From Macrostomum lignano (Eukaryota), in NCBI GenBank assembly GCA_002269645.1, contig NIVC01001405.1, forward strand, positions 1 through 64,000: a DNA stretch of 64,000 nt. Direction: 5' to 3'. Each line of letters begins with the position of its first letter. Position 1 is the first letter of the stretch. The notes beneath the pieces were generated by a model that did no database searches, was not told the origin of the DNA, and saw only the letters and a program-made list of their open reading frames with translations. Made by a program: the position numbers and the translations under genes. Positions 56,689 through 64,000 of the stretch are shown here, one piece after another.

Positions 56689-57480
56689 AGCTCATGGACA
56701 AAGCATTGGCCATTCGATACTGGTAATATATGCCCGGTAAAAACAAAAAAACGAACAAAAAGCCATCCTCCTTGAACTCCCTTAACGATATGGTGAGGTT
56801 CTATTAAAAAAACTGAGTCAGCATTGCAGCATCAATGGCAATTTCATAATTTGAGTTGCAGATCTTCTACATGGGGGAAAATCAAGTTCGATAAGTCCGT
56901 AAATACGAGTATATGTATATATGCATGCACATTTTTTATATCAGTTAGCAGAGTCTGATCCATTAAAAGCCAACAGAACAGCAAAGCTTAAGCTGTTTAA
57001 GCTGTGAAGCAGGCATTCACGGCACGCCTGCGATTCCGCGGAGCTGTCACGCACTAGTTATCAGAATCTACTGTCGGCAAGAGGTGGCTGGGCAGAGGCT
57101 CTAAAATCTCGGCTTTGATTCATTCTGCCCACCCAGGCGTTGATTTATATTGTCATGCGCCAGGCCGTGGCTGTTTGACTGGGACTCTCGCGGCTCGACT
57201 GCGACTAAGCAGCCTTCCTCCCTTCTCTCCTCTTCGTGTGTTTTACCTTAATACAGAAATATAGTCCGGATTGGCGAACCATAGGGAATTAGCTGACTTT
57301 CGAACAATTTTCCGTGCGATTGATTAATTTTGAGTCCCACACCATTAGCTTTGTATTGGCAAGACAGCAAGATTTCATTCATTGTCGCTTTCAACGGGGT
57401 AGAGACGGTCACGCATATTTCAAATGGTGTGTGGAAACCAGCTATAAGGGTCTGAGTGATGGGCTTGCGGGATTCTGGCT

Positions 57481-58323
57481 CTGGGGTGGGGAGTCTGGGG
57501 TAGGGAGTCTGGGGTGGGGAGTCTAGGGTATGGAGTCTGGGGTAGGGAGTCTGGGGTGGGGAGTCTGGGGTAGGGAGTCTGGGGTGGGGAGTCTGGGGTA
57601 GGGAGTCTGGGGTAGGGAGTCTGGGGTAGGGAGTCTGGGGTAGGGAGTCTGGGGTATGGAGTCTGGGGTGGGGAGTCTAGGGTATGGAGTCTGGGGTAGG
57701 GAGTCTGGGGTAGGGAGTCTGGGGTGGGGAGTCTGGGGTGGGGAGTCTGGGGTAGGGAGTCTGGGGTAGGGAGTCTGGGGTAGGGAGTCTGGGGTGGGGA
57801 GTCTGGGGTAGGGAGTCTGGGGTGGGGAGTCTAGGGTATGGAGTCTGGGGTAGGGAGTCTGGGGTAGGGAGTCTGGGGTAGGGAGTCTGGGGTAGGGAGT
57901 CTGGGGTAGGGAGTCTGGGGTAGGGAGTCTGGGGTAGGGAGTCTGGGGTAGGGAGTCTGGGGTGGGGAGTCTGGGGTGGGGAGTCTGGGGTAGGGAGTCT
58001 GGGGTGGGGAGTCTGGGGTGGGGAGTCTGGGGTAGGGAGTCTGGGGTGGGGAGTCTGGGGTGGGGAGTCTGGGGTGGGTAGTCTGGGGTAGGGAGTCTGG
58101 GGTAGGGAGTCTGGGGTAGGGAGTCTGGGGTAGGGAGTCTGGGGTGGGGAGTCTGGGGTGGGTAGTCTGGGGTAGGGAGTCTGGGGTAGGGAGTCTGGGG
58201 TAAGGAGTCTGGGGTGGGGAGTCTGGGGTAGGGAGTCTGGGGTGGGGAGTCTGGGGTAGGGAGTCTGGGGTGGGGAATCTGAGGTAGGGAGTCTGGGGTG
58301 GGGAGTTTGGGGTAGGGAGTCTG
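57481..58323. repeat. 14-bp G-rich minisatellite (GGGAGTCTGGGGT[A/G])n
   Basis: About 60 units, strongly strand-asymmetric. Confidence 0.95.
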
Positions 58324-60193
58324 AGGATATGGTCTCTGGGGGGAGTAGGGGAGTCCGGGTTGGGACAAAGAGGTTGGTACAAGAATATTTAGAAGTTTTC
58401 GTAACATATTATCGTATCGTATGGTACTCGTAATGTGGCACCGCAACTTTTCGTCTGTCAAAATTTTGGAGACTTTTTGGATGAAAAGTCAAGCTTAATT
58501 TGGACTTCGGTGTTTTTAGCTTGACTTTTGCATTGTCTTTTATGGGTAGGGATGGTGCTATTATCACACAAAGCCGCTGACCGAGCGGCTGTAAGATTAT
58601 CTAAACTAAATTTAGAGTTGCCAACTTGGCACAGAAGCGTGATTATCCGAATTAATAGCTGTCAAATCTTCGCAGAGAAATTTACTATCTACGAACTTCG
58701 TACGCACACTTCGGCCTTAGCCAGACGGAACGCCAGGCGCACAGTTGGACACGAAGGCGCCGCATGATGCAGGGGAAATAGCGGCGGCATAGGAATAGAC
58801 AGGCTGAGCGAGACTTCGTTCTTCGTCCGAGTAAGCTGAGAATGCTTCTTTGTGACAGGCAGCAGACGGGGGCTGCTCCGAGATCGGTGAGGAACGGCAT
58901 CTGGGAACTGACGGGCAGCAAGCAGAGAGGGGCACGGCTGAGAGCTAGAAATTTCTGGGCAAGCCAAGAAATTGTGAAGCGAGAGGTAAAGACGATGCAG
59001 CAGGTGGGTTCTAATATTTCCAGGTTTGTTAGCGGAAATTTCTGTCCAGCAAGCGTCCCCGAGCGCTCGGAGGCGGTCACAAAGCTCCCCATTTTTCTGT
59101 CTTTTATTTAGCATTCCAACTCAGAGGGAGGGAAGGCCAGCGGACACACGCGACTTCTGAATGGCAATGACTGGACAAACATTGACGAAGGCAATTGGAA
59201 AAAGAACAACTGAGGCACAATCTTGATCGAGAGCCGGAGCCCATCTGAAGTTGGATTTCTGCTCCCCTCCCCACCCTCTCCTGCTTTTTCAACAAATCGT
59301 CAAGTCGAATGCCAACTTTTTCGGGCTGGCCATGCAGGACCCAGCCAGGACCCGGCCAGCGACAGGTAAGCGTCTTATCTGGCTTTATTTCTACAACAGT
59401 CTAGTTTTCGAAATAAACAAAATAAAGCTCGTATAGCATATTGAACAGAGCGTGATGGCGCCATTGGTGATGAGAAAGTATAAAGTCGGACGTGATCCAA
59501 AACAGGCTAATTAATTACTGACTAAAAAACAAAGGTGCAGATCGGACTGGCTCAATGCGCTGACAGCTTGCACAGCTATCTGTGCTGGGGCTCAGCTACG
59601 CTAAACTGTGTTAGTCTTGCTTCTTTGCCAAAGTCAGCGACTCTTATCGAAGAACAAATTAGCCTGGCAGCCCTCAGCCGGCTGTCCAAATTGACATTTC
59701 ACTCGGGTAGGTCAACACCGAACTGGCGAATTTCATTCTAAAAGACATTCTAACCGACAGAACGAACAAGCAAACACAGGTGTCAAAAAAGTTGTATGAA
59801 ATTAGCGAGAATCGAACGCCGGGTATGCACGTGAGGACGCACCTTCTGAGGGTGAGTTCTATTCCAAGTCCAGAAATTTCTACCTTCTTATTTTCTTTTG
59901 CTGCTCGCTTGCCGATGCTCAGGAGGGAATTTCTAGGAAACTGGAAACTAGCAGCGGTGGGGGGGGCAAAAAAAGAAAATACGACAGCGGCGGAAAGAGT
60001 AGGGATGGGGAGAAAGTTTGTCCAAGCCAGGCAGTTAAGAATGACAGCAAAGCATTTTTGTTTAATTTTCATGCATTATGCACCACACCGCCCTCCCAAG
60101 ACCTGCGAGGCTGGGACAGCCAACCAAGTTCCCAGGCTTTTCGGGTACCGCTGTTTGCGCAAGCCGATGCTTAGCGTGCGATGCTAAAATGAG

Positions 60194-61499
60194 TTATTCC
60201 TCGGCTGGGTCCTGTCCCTCCAGGCCAGAGCTTTTCCGTCTGTCTCTGGTTGGTAGCATGCCAACCTCCTCGCAGGCGTCGCAAGAGCCCCGTTGCTGCT
60301 GCGTCTGCGGCGGCCGCGGCTGACGAGAGCCGTTCGCTTGTTGCTCTCCGCACAGAGCCTTCCGAAAGTGCTGATCATTGAAGAAATAAATGAACACGTT
60401 CACGATTGAGTCCGCTTGCGACAGAAAAAATGTAACCTGAGGCAGTCTGCGCAAGCGCAAATGCCGTGGAATAGCGTAGACGATGGCCCTCGGGCCCTCC
60501 AGCACCGCGAAGGTGATGGCAAAGATGATCACCATGCGAGTGACCCGCTTGTTCCTCTCGGCGCTGCTGCTGCCGACGCCGGCCCCGTTGCGCAGCGAGA
60601 ACACAAGGATCACGGAGCTGGCGATGATGACCACCAGGGGAATAAACTGCGCCAGGATGTTCCAGCCCATGTCCACGTGGCTCCAGTACTTTGGCTGCTT
60701 ATTGGGCATGTGCAGCAACAGCCGAGAGCTGGTCACCCAGTCGCTGGTATTGCACATGTATACTTCCATGCGCATAAAACTCCCTGGGTCCTTTAGGTAA
60801 GTACGAACGATGGCCAGCCCGATTATGATGAAGAGCTTCACGAAGAACATTAGTAGTATGCGTCTGGTGGCGTAAATCTTATTCACCTGTGGAATGTTTA
60901 TTTATTCAGTCATTAGCAAATGATACGCTGGTGGCTATCCGGCAGGCATCATGCATTGCCCGACTTACCTGAACGTTGGTTCGTCGAGTAGCGATGTAGC
61001 AGCGCAGCAGGGCGGTGATGCCGACCCAGCAGTTGCGCGAGAACTGCGACAGCACGGCCAGGTAGTTGGACAGGTTGGCCACCCCGGCGAAGAGCACCAC
61101 CGCAGCGTTGCTGCTGCCGCCTGGCAGATTGACGGACGAGTAAAAACTGATGTCCACCTTCTCGCCGAGGCTAGGGTCGAACCCGGTCCAACTGTACGGC
61201 TCCGTATTGCTGACCATTTGAATTGAGTAGGTCATCACGCTGCCGATGCAGAACGTGATTTCGCAGAAGCTCAGCAGCAGAAAGAACAGGTGAAAGTTAT
61301 TGCGCTTGCTGGACTTGAAGAACACTTTGGCGAACACGATAAGCGACAGGCTGTTCAGCACGAGGCCAACCAAGCCCACCACGATGCAGATGGTGTGGAA
61401 TATCAACTCATCAGCTTGAGCTTTTTTACTTAAATATAGCGTCTCATTGATTGGCTCACTCAAATTCCCGATTCCGACTGAGCACTCGCCCGTGAGCAT
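60194..61499 (-). CDS. Class A (rhodopsin-like) orphan GPCR, 2 exons, about 407 aa
   Basis: Exons 61499-60969 and 60886-60194 (CAG|GTAAGT ... CACAG|GTG, phase 0). Seven hydrophobic segments, TM1 GLVLNSL, TM3 end ALLRC, TM6 FAVLEGP, TM7 DSIVNVFIY and helix 8 FRKAL. Confidence 0.88.
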
Positions 61500-62697
61500 A
61501 TCTGGAGCTGGCTGCCGCAGACTTTGAAGCCAAGTATAGCGTAGTTCACTTTCCGCCTGAGCTTCCTCGGCGCGTCTTTAGCAGTTGGGCCGCGGCAGTC
61601 CTTGTTTTTATGCACTATCTGGCCTGCTATTTCAGTCCGTGTGGGCTGTCTCGGCTCCTTTCCACATCCGACCAGCGGCGATTCGCTGGGCCCCGCTGGC
61701 CAGTCACACTGCCGCGGCTTAGACAGTGAGGAAAAACAAAAAAATGAGTTGGATGAAATCTCGATTCATCAGGATTGATTAGTTAGAAACTGAGCTGAAT
61801 AAATATTGACGTAAATAAGTTTTCCATCGTCAAGGCTGAAAACCGTGAAAACTTGGCTAAAACAGAGCGGGGCATTTGGCGCGGTTCATTTCAATGAGAA
61901 ATTGTAAAATATGCTGGAATTTAGAGCCAAAACCGGGCGCTGTAATTAAATTTTCAGCTAAATCCAGCCGTATAAGCGCGTGAATATCGCAAGTCTCAGT
62001 GTGTCGGCTCAATCAAATGATGCCCTCCCCCAGCAGAGTCATATTCAAGTGGCCCAGACAGGGTCGGATCGGCCATTTCTCTGATTACAAAATGAAACAG
62101 AGTGGATTTTTCGTTGGAAAAAAGGCAGAAAACAGGCATCAGGGAATACAGTCTGGTGGGTAAGCTGTCACAGGGGGCTGGCCCAGTAAGTGCATTCGGC
62201 CTTCTGATTGGGCTCAGCCAGCCATGGAAATTGGCTGCCAGTGGCGCATAGAAGTTCTTTCTATTGCTCAGTGCACTTTAAAGTAGAGATTGGTCGGCAA
62301 ATGTTATTATACCGAGGCTTGCGTCTAGCCGTGCTCATGCGGTAGAGGCACTGGACCTTCTTCGCCATCGAGAGGCAACCCGCATTTGCTTGCGCTTCTG
62401 ACCTTCTTTGCTAACTTTCTAACTGACTGTTTTAACTCAACTCTCAACTTTCAAGGAGTCGCAACAATTTCAGCTACTTTTAGTTTTTTGTGAATGCTTG
62501 AAAGCAAAAAATAGAAGCAATAATCATTGACGTCAAAGCTTCTCGTCTAGTGTTCTTGTTCAAGTTTGTTTCAACAAAACGTTTGTTTCAAGAATCGTTT
62601 GTTCTGCGAGCGGATATGTTAAACACATCGATTTAGAATCAGGGAAACAACTTGCGCCACGCTGCACAGACATAGGCAGGGTGAGGAATGGAGAAGG

Positions 62698-63101
<404 letters not shown>

Positions 63102-64000
63102 CTTTTGGACTGGGCAGCATACGCTAAGCACGAGCTGCCAAAAAAAGAACATAATATATAATAAAGTAATGGTAATTTATTGCTTCCACTCGTGGCTGAT
63201 AGTTGGGACTGCAATTCATGTCCCCAGCAGCTATAATGGCAGTTACTATAAGTCCCTTACCGGAACCTCTGTGGCAAACTTGAGTTCCAATGCCAGGCAG
63301 AATGAGAAAGCTGCTATTGTGTTGAAAAGTATTAAATTGGAGTTTAAATATTGACAGGAAGAGGTGGCATTATTAGCATCGGAAATTTACCGCTAATGCT
63401 TGAGAAGCAGCTACCTTTTTGGCACTGAAGAGGGTACACTCAGCAACCAAGATCCCCGCTGCGAAACGGAGCCTCATTAAGTGAAACTGCCACCCCTCCG
63501 AGACGTGGACTTTTTTCCTCAGTAAACTCTCTCAGGTGAATTATTTTGTACATTTAAATTCTGTGAAAGCGGCTGCATAAGAGAGATGAGAAAGGGCAAA
63601 AGAGGCCAGGAGGGCTGCAACTGCGTCTCAAGTAGGTCTTATACCGCTTCTTAACTTTTTTGGGGGAATCCACTCACTTTTGCGCGTCACTGCCTGAGAC
63701 TTCTGACGGAACCCCGTCTATTACCGGCCGGTTCTCTAAAGAGTTGTTCGGCCGCTGCGGGTTGGCGGAAGGCAGCCCCGTGCAAGCACGAGCGTGTATA
63801 CAGTTTCCCTTCACTTCTTTCTCGCAGCCAGTCACTTCAGTTGCAGCTGACGATCAGGCCAGCAAGGGGTGGAGATGAAAGGCAGTACAGGTCTTGAGGC
63901 GGAGAAGAGTGCGCTTGAGAAGGATGAGGAGTCAGTGAGGTGAAGCGAGTAGGATGAGGAGTGAGGTAGGGCGGAACTTTTGTAAGCTGGGAGTGCCACG

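Noticed and set aside
50510-57400. Numerous 60-200 aa ORFs
   Set aside because: No family motifs and no consistent splice-compatible chain was found by eye. Small exons may have been missed.
57523-58461. Pro-rich PTPDSLPQTPYPRL ORFs
   Set aside because: Translations of the 14-bp minisatellite in several frames.

Overview
Eukaryotic (metazoan) genomic DNA with GT-AG introns mostly 65-110 bp long, GC-rich exons and many minisatellites. The overall style and the GPCR type suggest a free-living flatworm such as Macrostomum; this is inference and was not verified. Positions 164-25764 (minus strand) can be spliced by hand into one giant gene that runs off the left edge. It has a signal peptide, a protamine-like Arg-rich region, CPxGY..C repeats and seven hemicentin/VWA7-type vWA domains separated by variable arrays of an 18-aa CRRGYRRVKGRCVRYSRR repeat, plus follistatin-N-like modules and a SUEL lectin domain. 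About 3,900 codons lie inside the window, with three lesions: two 1-bp deletions and one TGA. Much of it arose by tandem duplication of a ~3.7-kb three-exon module. An intronless, membrane-anchored FkbM-type methyltransferase is nested antisense in one intron. The middle of the window holds two unknown multi-exon genes, a two-exon knottin (ICK) peptide gene and a neuropeptide-like precursor. A young Ty3/Gypsy element (37708-50503, CGTT TSD, tRNA-His PBS, -1 frameshift signal) has its 3' LTR split by a full-length APE-RT-RNaseH LINE (13-bp TSD) whose 5' end folds into an HDV-like ribozyme. The right end has a G-rich minisatellite, a two-exon class A GPCR and a long (ACT)n tract.
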